A stretch of 64,000 nt of DNA from an uncultured Actinomycetes bacterium. Its GTDB lineage: Bacteria; Actinomycetota; UBA4738; HRBIN12. The translations under genes were made by a program, and so were the position numbers. Positions 1-9,843 of the stretch are shown one piece after another; within the stretch, counting starts at the first letter, position 1; the number at the start of each line of letters is the position of its first letter. The DNA lies in NCBI GenBank assembly GCA_963796725.1, contig CAWCMT010000005.1, positions 272,427 to 336,426 of the forward strand. Direction: 5' to 3'. The notes beneath the pieces are model-generated. The model did no database searches. It was not told the DNA's origin and saw only the letters and a list, made by a program, of their open reading frames with translations.

Positions 1-1
1 G

Positions 2-913
2 CTGCAGGAACGTGGCACCGTCGTCCTCGACGGCGGACTCGCCACCGAGCTGGAGCGCCGCGGCGCCGATCTGCGGGACCCGCTCTGGTCCGCGAAGGTG
101 CTCCTGGAGCGGCCGGATCTGATCCGGGAGGTCCACGCCGCCTACGCCGCGGCCGGCGCGCAGGTCGCCATCTCCGCGAGTTACCAGGCCAGCTTCGAGG
201 GGTTCAGCAGACGCGGGATCGACTCGGAACGGGCGGCGGGGTTGATGCGGCGCTCCGTCGAGATCGCACGGGAGGCCGTCGGCGACGGGCTGGTGGCGGC
301 GTCCGTCGGACCCTACGGCGCCGTCCTTCACGACGGGTCCGAGTACACTGGGATGTACGGCCGAACCGAGGATGAACTCGCCGCGTTCCACGCCCGTCGC
401 CTGGCGGTGCTCGCGGATCCCGTGACCGGCGCGGATCTGCTTGCGGTGGAAACCATCCCGTCGATCGTCGAGGCGGCCGCGATCGTGCGTGCGCTCGAGG
501 AGCATCCGAGCGTCCCCGCGTGGATGTCCTTCACGTGTCGGGACGGCGCGCACCTGTGCGACGGAACCCCGATCGAGCGCGCCGTTGGTCTGGTCTCGGC
601 GGTCCCCTCGGTGATCGCCGTGGGAGTGAACTGCACCGCACCGGAGCACATCGTTTCGCTGGTGACCAAGGCGCGATCGGCGGCGCCCCCACGGCTCGCC
701 GTGGTCACGTATCCGAACGCCGGCGCCGCCTACGACGCGACGACCAAGACCTGGGGTGGGCACGAACCGGTGCGCTTCGGCGAACGTGCACCGGGCTGGG
801 CAGAGGCGGGCGCGTCCATCATCGGCGGCTGCTGCGGCACGGGGCCGGACGACGTGATGACCATCGCCGCGGTGCTCGGCCATGGACCGACCCGCGCCGA
901 GCCCCCGGCCTGA
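2..913 (+). CDS. mmuM: homocysteine S-methyltransferase, 5'-partial at window edge
   Basis: ORF 98..913 stays open in frame back to nt 2 (LQERGTVVLDGGLATELERRGADL...). C-terminal GGCCGTGP Zn-binding motif is typical of the S-methyltransferase (Hcy-binding) domain. Confidence 0.85.
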   Translation: MQERGTVVLDGGLATELERRGADLRDPLWSAKVLLERPDLIREVHAAYAAAGAQVAISASYQASFEGFSRRGIDSERAAGLMRRSVEIAREAVGDGLVAASVGPYGAVLHDGSEYTGMYGRTEDELAAFHARRLAVLADPVTGADLLAVETIPSIVEAAAIVRALEEHPSVPAWMSFTCRDGAHLCDGTPIERAVGLVSAVPSVIAVGVNCTAPEHIVSLVTKARSAAPPRLAVVTYPNAGAAYDATTKTWGGHEPVRFGERAPGWAEAGASIIGGCCGTGPDDVMTIAAVLGHGPTRAEPPA

Positions 914-926
914 GCCCGGGATTCCC

Positions 927-1871
927 TCAGCCCGAGCCCTGCGGGGTCATCGGCTCGTCCTCCGGTGTGATGACCGAGGGTCGACGGGCCCCCCGAACCA
1001 GGAGCCCTGCCGTCGCGCCCAGCACCAGTGAGCCACCCATGATCACGGCAGCGGTGAGGGACTCGCCCAGCACGGCCCAGGCCGCCACAGCCCCCACCAC
1101 GGGCGAGCACTGCGTGATCAGGGATCCCAGCCAGGCCTCGACGTGCCGGTGCGACCAGGCGACGCACAGATGGCCCAGGGCGCCGGGGAAGATCGTGACC
1201 AGCCAGATCCACAGCCAGTCCGATCCGTGTGGCGGCGCCATGGACACACCGGTGGCGAACCCGAACGCGCTGACGAGGATGGCCGCGACCAGCATGACCG
1301 TCGCGATGTAGGACAGTGGATCGATCGTGGCCCTGGCGCGTTTCGAGAAGAGCCAGTAGGCCGTCCACGTGAACACGCCCACCAGCGCGGCGAGGTCGCC
1401 GGTGCGACTCGCCGAACCGGCCGCTGACCCGAGGCCCACCACGGCGACCCCCACGAACGACACGCCGATCAACGCGATGTCCTTCCTGCCCACCCGCTCG
1501 CCGAACCAGCGGGCCGCGCCGATCAGGATCACGACGGGAGCCAGCGCCCCGATGATCGTGGCGTTGGCGACGCTGGTGAGCCGGAAGGCCGTGAACGTGA
1601 CCGAGATGTCCGCAGCGAAGAACACTCCTCCGGGCGCGCAGGTCTTGATAGCAGCCCACGTGAGCCGTCGGCGGGTCGCCGCGAACACGCAGGCGTAGAC
1701 CAACACCCCGAACCAGAGTCGGTAGGCGGCGAACGCGATCGTGGGCATGTCGACCTGTTTGATCACGAGGGGCGCCAGTCCCCACATCACCGTCGCGTAC
1801 GAGACCGCGGCGATCCCCAGGGCGCGACGCTCGTCGTGAGCGGTCGGAGGGGGCACGCGACTCTCGGGCAT
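927..1871 (-). CDS. EamA/DMT-family permease
   Basis: 314-aa ORF with about 10 hydrophobic segments and a duplicated EamA-like organisation. Coding-like composition, unlike the overlapping Arg-rich frames. Confidence 0.8.
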   Translation of the reverse strand: MPESRVPPPTAHDERRALGIAAVSYATVMWGLAPLVIKQVDMPTIAFAAYRLWFGVLVYACVFAATRRRLTWAAIKTCAPGGVFFAADISVTFTAFRLTSVANATIIGALAPVVILIGAARWFGERVGRKDIALIGVSFVGVAVVGLGSAAGSASRTGDLAALVGVFTWTAYWLFSKRARATIDPLSYIATVMLVAAILVSAFGFATGVSMAPPHGSDWLWIWLVTIFPGALGHLCVAWSHRHVEAWLGSLITQCSPVVGAVAAWAVLGESLTAAVIMGGSLVLGATAGLLVRGARRPSVITPEDEPMTPQGSG

Positions 1872-1963
1872 GGGCCACCGACGCTACCAGCGGGCTAAGC
1901 TCGGCCCGTGGAGCAGCGCGAGCACGGCATCCTCACACTCGAACCGCGCGGCAGGGTCCGGGG

Positions 1964-2857
1964 ATGAGTCGCCCGCTCCGTGTCGGGATCCAGCTACCCG
2001 AGGTGGAACGCGAGGTTCGCTGGCCCGAGTTCGCCTCGATGGCCCTCGCCGCGGAGGAGCAGGGCTTCGACTCCGTGTGGGTCGGCGACCACTACCTGTA
2101 CCGCGACGACGGGAGGCCGGAGCGCGGCCCCTGGGAGGCCTGGACCCTGCTGGCGGGGATCGCGGCCGTCACGGAGCGCGTGCGCCTCGGCCCGCTGGTC
2201 GCCTGCGCCGGCTTCCACGCGCCCGCCGTCCTCGCGAAGGCGGCCGCCACGGTCGACGAGATCAGCGGCGGCCGTCTCACCCTCGGGATCGGGGCGGGCT
2301 GGAACCGGGTGGAGTTCGAGGCGTTCGGACTCCCCTTCGACCATCGGGCGTCCCAGTTCGAGGAGGCGATCGGGGTGATCCACGGCCTTCTGGCCGGCGA
2401 ACGCGTGACGCTGCACGGGCGATGGGTCGACCTGGAAGACGCCGTGTTGCTGCCGCCGCCCGCACGTCGGCCGCCGATCATGGTCGGGAGCAAGGGGCCA
2501 CGTGTCCTTGCCGCGGCGCTGCCCTACGTCGACGTATGGAACGCGTGGTTCGACGACTACGCCAACTCTCCCGAGGGGTTCGGAACGCTCAACGGCGTGA
2601 TCGACGACGCATGCCGGGGGGCGGGACGCGACCCCGGGACCGTGGAGCGGAGCGCCTGCGTCTACGTCGTCCTGGATCCAGCGGGTGCCTCGCGGCCTGA
2701 CGACGTCCCACCGGTCCAGGGAACGCCGGAGGCGGTGGCGCAGACCCTCCGGGCGTTCGCTGCGGCCGGCGCCGACGAGGCGATCCTGGTGGTGGAGCCG
2801 ATCGATGGCGCCTCGATACGCGCCCTGGGAGAAGTCCTCAGGGTGCTCGACGCCTGA
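1964..2857 (+). CDS. LLM-class (luciferase-like) flavin/F420-dependent oxidoreductase
   Basis: 297 aa. Contains GFDSVWVGDHY, GRLTLGIGAGW and PPIMVGSKGPR stretches typical of luciferase-like monooxygenase family proteins. Confidence 0.8.
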   Translation: MSRPLRVGIQLPEVEREVRWPEFASMALAAEEQGFDSVWVGDHYLYRDDGRPERGPWEAWTLLAGIAAVTERVRLGPLVACAGFHAPAVLAKAAATVDEISGGRLTLGIGAGWNRVEFEAFGLPFDHRASQFEEAIGVIHGLLAGERVTLHGRWVDLEDAVLLPPPARRPPIMVGSKGPRVLAAALPYVDVWNAWFDDYANSPEGFGTLNGVIDDACRGAGRDPGTVERSACVYVVLDPAGASRPDDVPPVQGTPEAVAQTLRAFAAAGADEAILVVEPIDGASIRALGEVLRVLDA

Positions 2858-3124
2858 GCCCGCCGATGGGGACCCGGCGGCGCGGACCCCGCTAGAACAT
2901 CCGTTGGGATTTCACGAAGGCCTCCAACGGTGCCTCGGGGTGAACCGGCGCGCAGCATACGGCCTGTCCCCCGCTCGGTCTAGCCCATTCGGACGATCCC
3001 TCATGGAGGAATGGTGACGGACGGACCCTCGACCCGACATCCCGTACCCCGATGTGTTAAAGGTTCGTGACGCTCGCATGCAGATGCGCCCAGATGCACG
3101 GGAAGTCCTCCCGCGCGTGGTGGA

Positions 3125-3313
3125 ATGTCGGGTATGGAACAACACGATCTTCTGTCGCGCATGCGCGCGGCGTCTTCTCCGAACGACATCTCCTCGGCCA
3201 TCTCGGATGCTCGGGCGTGGCTCGCCGAGCATCCGGAGGACGACGAGGTCCGCAACGCGATCCGCGACCTGGCGCGCCAGGAACGCGAGCGCTGGGGGCT
3301 TTCCTTCGCCTGA
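3125..3313 (+). CDS. small acidic helical hypothetical protein (62 aa)
   Basis: Balanced, non-Arg-rich composition in a high-GC background. The stop abuts the YbaK-like coding region. No family recognised. Confidence 0.4.
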   Translation: MSGMEQHDLLSRMRAASSPNDISSAISDARAWLAEHPEDDEVRNAIRDLARQERERWGLSFA

Positions 3314-3377
3314 CGACGATCCCGAACACGGGCCGGACGCAGACACCCCCGCGATCCGGGCTCTGAACGGTAGCGAC

Positions 3378-3803
3378 GTGCGCTTCCAGGTGCGGCGCAC
3401 GCGACGGGCCCACAGCGTCGAGGAAAGCGCGCAGCTTCAGGGCATCGAGGTCGGCCACCTCTTGCGCACGATCGTGGTGCGCAAGGCCGCCGAGGACTAC
3501 GTATTCGTCCTGGTGCCCGGGGGCCGCCAGATCGATTGGCCCAAGCTTCGGGCGCTGCTCGGGGTGAAGCGGATGACGCTGCCCGACGCTGAGGAGGCGC
3601 TCGCCGCGACCGGCTACGAACGCGGCGCCATCACACCGTTCGGCTCCTCTCACGCCTGGCCCGTCGTCGCCGACGCCTCGATCGACGCCATGGAGACGGT
3701 CGCGATCGGCGGAGGCGCTCACGGGGTCAACCTCCACCTGGCCGGCCCCGAGTTGATCCGCGCCACCGGGGCGACCAAGGCCGACGTCACGCGACGCGCC
3801 TAG
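3378..3803 (+). CDS. YbaK/EbsC-type aminoacyl-tRNA deacylase domain protein (start uncertain)
   Basis: C-terminal part of ORF 3054..3803 (HSVEESAQLQGIEVGHLLRTIVV..., GYERGAITPFG) resembles the YbaK family. Family-like sequence (TPAIRAL) continues upstream to about 3340, where there is no canonical start. 3378 is the first in-frame GTG. Confidence 0.65.
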   Translation: MRFQVRRTRRAHSVEESAQLQGIEVGHLLRTIVVRKAAEDYVFVLVPGGRQIDWPKLRALLGVKRMTLPDAEEALAATGYERGAITPFGSSHAWPVVADASIDAMETVAIGGGAHGVNLHLAGPELIRATGATKADVTRRA

Positions 3804-3861
3804 CGACTCGGGGGTTCCGGCGGACGCCGCCGGCGTGGCAGGATGACGCGGGGGGCTCACG

Positions 3862-6018
3862 ATGACCGGATCGACGGCAGACTTCGGCGCGGCGGAAGAC
3901 GCATCGGTATCTGAGTCGGCGTCCGACGGCGTCGCCGAACAGCCGGCGAAACTCGGTACCCGACGGCGCCGACCGAGCGGCGCGCCGCCGCCGTTGCCGA
4001 AGAAGATCGGCTCCACGGGGATGATCTGGCTCGTGGCGGCCGTCGTCGTCACCTTGGTGGTCGCCGTGTGGCTCATCCTGGGTCCGAGGATCCTCGACCG
4101 GCTCGACACCTGGATCGTGCAGCGGCTCCGTACGCTCGAAGCGCCGTGGCTGACGGCGGTAGCCCGCTGGATCAACACCGTGTGCTCGCGTCGCGGCGTC
4201 GCGATCCTCGGGCTCGCAACGGCGGGTCTCGTCATCGCGTTCCGCCGGTTCCGGCATCTCATCTTCTACCTGTTGGGGCTCTTCGTGGTGTTGTCCGCCT
4301 CGCAGGGACTACAGATCCTGATCTCGAGACCCCGACCCTTCGGTGTGGTGCCGCTGGTGGGCTGGGAGGGGTACTCGGCGCCGTCGTTGCCGGTGGCCGT
4401 CCTGACCGTGGTCCTCATCGGGGTGATCTACACGCTGGTGCCGGGCGGCCGTGCGCGCTGGCGCGCCAAGTGGATCGTGGCGGCCCTCGTGGCCGCCCTC
4501 GCACTGGCACGCATCTACCTCGGGGTGGACCACCCCACGGACGACCTGATCGCGGCGCTGTTCGCCGTCGCCATCCCGGTCGCTCTCTTCCGCGCCTTCG
4601 TCCCCGGCGAGGTCTTCCCCGTGAAGTACGGGGCCCGGGGGAAGGCTGCGCATCTCGACGTCACGGGCCGTCGGGGCGAGGCGATCCGTTCGGCGGTTGC
4701 GGACCAGCTGGGGCTCACCGTCGTCGACATCAAGCCTGTGGGCCTGGAAGGCTCGGGCGGCTCGACGCCGCTTCGGCTCCGCGTGATCGACGAGGCGACC
4801 GGGAAGGAGCGGGCGGTCTTCGCCAAGCTCTACGCGCGGAGCCACGTCCGAGCCGACCGGTGGTACAAGCTGGGCCGGACGATGCTGTACGGGAACCTCG
4901 AGGACGAGACACCGTTCTCGACCGTGCGGCGGTTCGTCGAGTACGAGGACTACGCGCTGCGCCTCCTCGGAGAGTACGGGTTCCCGACGCCCGAGGCGCT
5001 CGGCGTCGTCGAGATCACGCCCGAACGCGAGTACCTGATCGCCATGGAGTTCTTCGAGGGGGCGGTCGAGATCGGCGAGGCGGAGATCGACGGTGGCGTC
5101 ATCGACCAGGCGCTCCAGATGGTCCGCACGATGTGGGACATCGGGCTCGCCCATCGCGACATCAAGCCGGCGAACCTCATGGTCCGCGACGGGCAGCTCA
5201 AGCTGATCGACGTCTTCTTCGTGCAGGTACGTCCGTCGCCGTGGCGGCAGGCGGTCGACCTCGCCAACATGATGCTCGTGCTTGCGCTGCGCTCAGACGC
5301 AGAGACGGTGTACCAGCACGCCCTCAAGTACTTCTCGCCCGACGAGCTGGCGGAAGCGTTCGCCGCCGCTCGGGGGGTGGCGAGCCCAACGCAGCTCCAG
5401 TCGAGCCTCAAGCAGGACGGGCGCGACCTCCTCGCGAAGTTCCGGGCGATGGCGCCCGCCCGGGCTCCGATCGCGATCCAGCGCTGGAGCCTCCGGCGGG
5501 TCGGCTTGATCGTGCTCACCGTCCTGGTCACGATCCTCGTGGTGTTCACGACCCTCTCCCTCTTCTTCCCTCACCGCGACGAGGTCAACACGCCCGCATG
5601 CGGTACGGGCCGGACGATGATCCCGGGCCGGACGATGATCCTGATGGCGCAAGCGGTCCCCTCGGCATCACGGATCCCCTGCGTCGCCGATCTGCCGCTC
5701 GGCTGGTCCGTCACGGTGACCACCGTTCGGGACGATGAGGCCACGGTCGGTTTCACGCTCGGGCAGGACGGCTCCCCTGAGGTCACGCTCAGGTTCGCCG
5801 CCTCCTGCGGGGACGTGCCGGCTGACGCCGACGCGTTCCGGGCGGTTGGGAGCTGCATCGTGTACCGCTCGGTGTTGCCTGAGAGGCCCCCAGGTGGAAC
5901 CGTCGTTCGGCCAGGGTGGCGGGCTGTCGTTCGTGCTCCGACGCGATCTCGTGAGCCACGTCCAAGAGACCGAGGACGCGGATCTCTGCGGGCTGGGGGT
6001 TCCCTGCAGGTGACCTGA
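3862..6018 (+). CDS. membrane PAP2-like phosphatase fused to protein-kinase-like domain
   Basis: N-terminal TM region carries PAP2-like motifs (ISRPRP, YSAPS, ARIYLGVDHPTDD). The central part has the kinase-like catalytic loop HRDIKPANLMV and KLIDVFF, followed by another TM segment. The last 45 codons look out of frame. Confidence 0.7.
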   Translation: MTGSTADFGAAEDASVSESASDGVAEQPAKLGTRRRRPSGAPPPLPKKIGSTGMIWLVAAVVVTLVVAVWLILGPRILDRLDTWIVQRLRTLEAPWLTAVARWINTVCSRRGVAILGLATAGLVIAFRRFRHLIFYLLGLFVVLSASQGLQILISRPRPFGVVPLVGWEGYSAPSLPVAVLTVVLIGVIYTLVPGGRARWRAKWIVAALVAALALARIYLGVDHPTDDLIAALFAVAIPVALFRAFVPGEVFPVKYGARGKAAHLDVTGRRGEAIRSAVADQLGLTVVDIKPVGLEGSGGSTPLRLRVIDEATGKERAVFAKLYARSHVRADRWYKLGRTMLYGNLEDETPFSTVRRFVEYEDYALRLLGEYGFPTPEALGVVEITPEREYLIAMEFFEGAVEIGEAEIDGGVIDQALQMVRTMWDIGLAHRDIKPANLMVRDGQLKLIDVFFVQVRPSPWRQAVDLANMMLVLALRSDAETVYQHALKYFSPDELAEAFAAARGVASPTQLQSSLKQDGRDLLAKFRAMAPARAPIAIQRWSLRRVGLIVLTVLVTILVVFTTLSLFFPHRDEVNTPACGTGRTMIPGRTMILMAQAVPSASRIPCVADLPLGWSVTVTTVRDDEATVGFTLGQDGSPEVTLRFAASCGDVPADADAFRAVGSCIVYRSVLPERPPGGTVVRPGWRAVVRAPTRSREPRPRDRGRGSLRAGGSLQVT

Positions 6019-6056
6019 GGCGGGTCGGCGCACCTTGCGTCGGCCCGGCGGGCCCC

Positions 6057-6062
6057 TATGCT
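6057..6062 (+). promoter_or_regulatory. -10-like hexamer TATGCT, 6 nt upstream of ATG 6069 (leaderless candidate)
   Basis: TATGCT-ccgagc-ATG read directly. Matches the TANNNT pattern seen at many other starts in this window. Confidence 0.45.
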
Positions 6063-6068
6063 CCGAGC

Positions 6069-7487
6069 ATGGCGGCCGATACCTCCGTGCTGGACCCACC
6101 CCCGTGGCGCGAGGTGCTGCGCGGCAGATGGGGTCGACTCACCGGCGGCCTGCTGTTGCTGGAGGCCGTCGTGGCGATCCAGTCGTTGGTGGTCGCCACC
6201 ATCATGCCGGACATCCGTCGGGACCTCGGTATGGTCGAGCTGTACGGGCTCGCGTTCACCGTCTCGGGGTTGGCCACGCTTGCGTCGATCCCGATAGCCG
6301 GGCGTGCCGTCGATCGGGTGGGCCCTCGGGCGGCGCTGCTCCCGGCGTTGGGCGTGTTCTCGGTGGGCCTGCTGGTCGCGGCCGCGGCACCCACGATGCC
6401 GATCCTGCTGGTGGGGCAGTTCCTGATGGGGGCCGGGGGCGGTGCGCTCTACGCCATCTCCCTCGGGACGGTCGCCACCAGCTATCCCGACCGACTCAGA
6501 CCCCGCGTGATGGCGCTGCTCGCAACGATGTGGATCCTGCCCGGGCTGATCGGACCGCCGTTCGGCGCGTTCGTCGCGGCGACGGTGGGCTGGCGCTGGA
6601 CCTACCTCGCGCCCCTGCCGGTGCTGGTGCTGGGATGGCTCATGATCGCGCCGGCGCTCGGGCCCTACGAGGCGGCCGCGCCCTCCGCCCGTGACCGGGG
6701 CGAGATCGCTCGGCCGCTCCGGCTCATGGTCGGTGCGGGCTTCATCTTCACCTCGCTCACGATCGTGCATGTTTGGGCGTTGCTGCCCCTTGCCGTGGGC
6801 GCCGCGATCGCCATCCCCGCGCTGGTGAAGATCGCCCCGCGAGGAACCTTCCGCGCGGCCCGGGGACTCGGGGCCGCCGCGGCCTCAGCCTTCCTGCTCT
6901 CGACCGGATTCCTCGCCATGGATGCGTTCCTCACGCTCATGCTCACCGACGTCCGCGGGCTCTCGCTCGCGGCGGCCAGCCTGGCGGTCACCGCCGCCTC
7001 GGTCACCTGGGCCGGGGGCAGCCTGTGGCAGTCGGGGCGCGCCGACCGGATCGCTCTTGGGCGTCTCGTTCAGTTGGGCACCCTGGTGGTGATCGTGGGC
7101 CAGGCAGGCGTGGTGGCCAGCCTCTCTGATCGCGTTCCGGTTGCGGCCGCCTACCTGGGATGGGGACTGGTGGGCCTGGGTATGGGCGTCGTGTTCCCGT
7201 CCATCCCGCTCGCGGCGATGCGGCTCGCCGCCGAGGATGCGCAGGCCGCGCAGCTCTCATCCGTGCTCCTGATGGACATGCTGGGGGTGGCCACGGGCTC
7301 CGGGCTCGGCGGCGGCGCGGTCGCCGTCGCGGCAGCCGCCGGCGCCCCCCTGGAGCGAGGCATCGCCATCGCGTTCGGCGTCGGGCTCGCCGCCCTCGTG
7401 CTACTGCTGTGGACCGGGCGACGCATCGATCCGCGGAGCGACGCGGCTCGCTCCACACGGGGCGCCGTGCCTGCTGCGGGAACCTAG
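6069..7487 (+). CDS. MFS transporter
   Basis: 472 aa with about 12-14 hydrophobic segments and MFS-like loop motifs. Confidence 0.8.
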   Translation: MAADTSVLDPPPWREVLRGRWGRLTGGLLLLEAVVAIQSLVVATIMPDIRRDLGMVELYGLAFTVSGLATLASIPIAGRAVDRVGPRAALLPALGVFSVGLLVAAAAPTMPILLVGQFLMGAGGGALYAISLGTVATSYPDRLRPRVMALLATMWILPGLIGPPFGAFVAATVGWRWTYLAPLPVLVLGWLMIAPALGPYEAAAPSARDRGEIARPLRLMVGAGFIFTSLTIVHVWALLPLAVGAAIAIPALVKIAPRGTFRAARGLGAAAASAFLLSTGFLAMDAFLTLMLTDVRGLSLAAASLAVTAASVTWAGGSLWQSGRADRIALGRLVQLGTLVVIVGQAGVVASLSDRVPVAAAYLGWGLVGLGMGVVFPSIPLAAMRLAAEDAQAAQLSSVLLMDMLGVATGSGLGGGAVAVAAAAGAPLERGIAIAFGVGLAALVLLLWTGRRIDPRSDAARSTRGAVPAAGT

Positions 7488-7490
7488 GCT
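7485..7490 (+). promoter_or_regulatory. -10-like hexamer TAGGCT, 6 nt upstream of GTG 7497
   Basis: TAGGCT-gatcgc-GTG. The TAG is also the stop codon of the upstream MFS gene. Confidence 0.45.
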
Positions 7491-7496
7491 GATCGC

Positions 7497-8321
7497 GTGA
7501 CGTTCCTGCGCAGTCGATGGCTCCGCCTGGATTGGGGCAGGATGAGGATCTGGGAGGCGGGATCCGGGCCCCCGCTGCTCGCCGTCCACGGCCTGGGCGG
7601 GTCGGGGCGGTACTTCGACACGCTCGCCCAGACCGTCGGAGGCCACTATCGGGTGATCGCTCCGGACCTGCCCGGCTTCGGCCACTCGGACAAGCCGGAC
7701 GTCGCCTACGATCCCGGATTCCATCTGGAGGCCATCGATACCGCGATCGGCGGGATCGACCCCGACGCCTCCCTGACGCTGGTGGGCCACTCCCTCGGCG
7801 CCGTACTGGCGGCGTTCCACGCCGGACGTCACACGGACACGACCGCCGCGCTCGCACTCCTGGCCGCGCCGTTCCCCTCGGGCGACGGCGACCCACCGTG
7901 GATGCGGCGCGATCTTCCGGTCGGATGGCGGATGGCGGGACGCGTCCTGAAGCTGGCCTGGCCGGCGATCGCCGTGCCCGTGGGGTTGGCGCGAGGCTAC
8001 CCGGCGGGGGTCACCTTGGACTTCGGCAAGCAGACCATGCACAGCCGCACGCGCACGATGCGCGGCGCGCTCTACGACCCGGCGGTGCGGGCGGAGGTGG
8101 AGGGGGTTCGGACGCTGCCGGCGTCGACCCCCCAACTGCTGCTCAACGCCGCGGACGATCGGACGGTACCGGCGGAGACCCAGGCACGCTGGGCCGCGGT
8201 GCTGCCGCACGCCCGCCGGGAGATCGTGAGGTCGGGGGGCCACCAGTTCCCGCTACGGACCGGATTCGCGCCCGTCGTCGCGTGGCTGAACGGGATCAGC
8301 CCGGGCGCCGCCGCTCGATGA
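7497..8321 (+). CDS. alpha/beta-fold hydrolase
   Basis: 274 aa. HGLGGSG oxyanion region and nucleophile elbow GHSLG. Confidence 0.8.
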   Translation: MTFLRSRWLRLDWGRMRIWEAGSGPPLLAVHGLGGSGRYFDTLAQTVGGHYRVIAPDLPGFGHSDKPDVAYDPGFHLEAIDTAIGGIDPDASLTLVGHSLGAVLAAFHAGRHTDTTAALALLAAPFPSGDGDPPWMRRDLPVGWRMAGRVLKLAWPAIAVPVGLARGYPAGVTLDFGKQTMHSRTRTMRGALYDPAVRAEVEGVRTLPASTPQLLLNAADDRTVPAETQARWAAVLPHARREIVRSGGHQFPLRTGFAPVVAWLNGISPGAAAR

Positions 8322-9723
8322 TGGCGTCCATCCCCGCGAGGACCTCGGGCTGGAGGGACGGGACCTCGTGCTGCTCCCATACCTCGAAGACCTTCTCCCG
8401 CGCCCGCTCACGGAGCGTCTTGGCGCCCGCGCTCTCCCACTCGCGGCGCCCCTCCCACGAGAGCATCTTCGGGCCCCACAGCTCGCGGAAGTGCGCGAGC
8501 GTGTGGTCCTCACCCAGGAAGATCTCACCCGGTCCCACGGACGCGATCACGTCGAAGGCGATCGTCTCGTCGTCGACCGCGACGGGCTCCACGGCCCGCC
8601 GCGTCATGCCCACGAGCTCGTCGCTGATCACGAGCAGCTCCGGGGAGAAGAGCAGGCCACCCTCCACGCAGCCGGCGTCGAACACCATGTCCACGCCGCC
8701 GAGCACCGTGCCGAAGCCGTAGAACCCGGCCTCCAGGGCCGCCTGTTCGTCGGCGTCCTTCGAATCACCGCCGAAGCTCATACCGAGTGAGGGCAACCCC
8801 CACCGCCGGCAGAGCTGAGCCATGAGCACCATGAACCGCAGTCCGTCGGGTCCGCCCGCCGTCACGCTGCCGTTGCTCATGTCCATGAGGAACGGAACGG
8901 TGCCGGACAGGAACGGCACGCCGGGGCGGCGCAGCTGCGCGAGCACCAGCCCGACCAGCGTCTCGGCCGCCGACACGGCGGCGGTTCCGGCGATCGTGGT
9001 GGGGCCCGTGGCCCCCACCTGCGGCGCCGCCTGGCAGCAGACCGGCAACCCACGATCCACGGCCTCGAAGAGCTTGTCGACCGTCTCAGGGTTGAAGAGC
9101 ATCGGGCTCACCGAGTTGAGGTACGGGATCACGAACGGGCGATCCCGCAGGGCATCCGCGCTCCCGGCCACCAGCTCGGCCATGTCGTAGATGTCCGCGA
9201 GCTCCGGGCGACCCGCGATCAGCACCATCAGCGGCTTGGTGGTGTGGGTGACCATCTCGCGGAACTCGGACTGGTTCACGATCTCCAGCGGCAGATCGTC
9301 GAGCGGACGTGTCACGCCGGGCGTCGCCACGAAGTCGATGTCGCTCAGGTGATCCGCCAGCAGCGTCGATTCCGCGGTCGCCCGCAACGAGAACTCCTCG
9401 ACCGCGAGCGTCCGAGGGTTGAGGTAGTTCAGGTTCGTTACGCCGGCGCCCACGTACGTCGTCCCCTGCCCGAGTCGGAGCGCCGGCTCGCCCGCGCGGT
9501 CGTACAGCGTGAATCCACCCGGCGCCGACTCGATGGCGCGCTCCACCACCGCGGGCGGGATCTTGACGAGGTCCTCTCCCTCGAGCGAGGCCCCGTGGGC
9601 CATGAGGAGCTCGCGACCCTCCTCCGTCATGATGCGCGCGCCCACCTCGGCGATCACGCGCAGGGCGGCCGCATGCAGGCGGTCCAGGTCCTCCTCGGTG
9701 CAGAGCTCCAGCATCGGTCGCAT
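8296..9723 (-). CDS. MttB-family (trimethylamine methyltransferase superfamily) protein, non-pyrrolysine type
   Basis: Start trimmed to ATG 9723 (MRPMLELCTEEDL...). The 475-aa length and conserved stretches (FNPETVDKL, GGVDMVFDAG, IFLGEDHTLAHFRE) resemble MttB-superfamily members. No in-frame TAG. Confidence 0.75.
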   Translation of the reverse strand: MRPMLELCTEEDLDRLHAAALRVIAEVGARIMTEEGRELLMAHGASLEGEDLVKIPPAVVERAIESAPGGFTLYDRAGEPALRLGQGTTYVGAGVTNLNYLNPRTLAVEEFSLRATAESTLLADHLSDIDFVATPGVTRPLDDLPLEIVNQSEFREMVTHTTKPLMVLIAGRPELADIYDMAELVAGSADALRDRPFVIPYLNSVSPMLFNPETVDKLFEAVDRGLPVCCQAAPQVGATGPTTIAGTAAVSAAETLVGLVLAQLRRPGVPFLSGTVPFLMDMSNGSVTAGGPDGLRFMVLMAQLCRRWGLPSLGMSFGGDSKDADEQAALEAGFYGFGTVLGGVDMVFDAGCVEGGLLFSPELLVISDELVGMTRRAVEPVAVDDETIAFDVIASVGPGEIFLGEDHTLAHFRELWGPKMLSWEGRREWESAGAKTLRERAREKVFEVWEQHEVPSLQPEVLAGMDAIIERRRPG

Positions 9724-9843
9724 GGCGCACCCATCGTACGAACCCCGCCTGAAGCCCGCACGATCGCGGTGATCCGAGGTGATCCGAGGTCCGCGCGCGC
9801 GTCCGCGGCTCCGACGCGAGTCGCTTGGGCTGGCCACCTTCGA

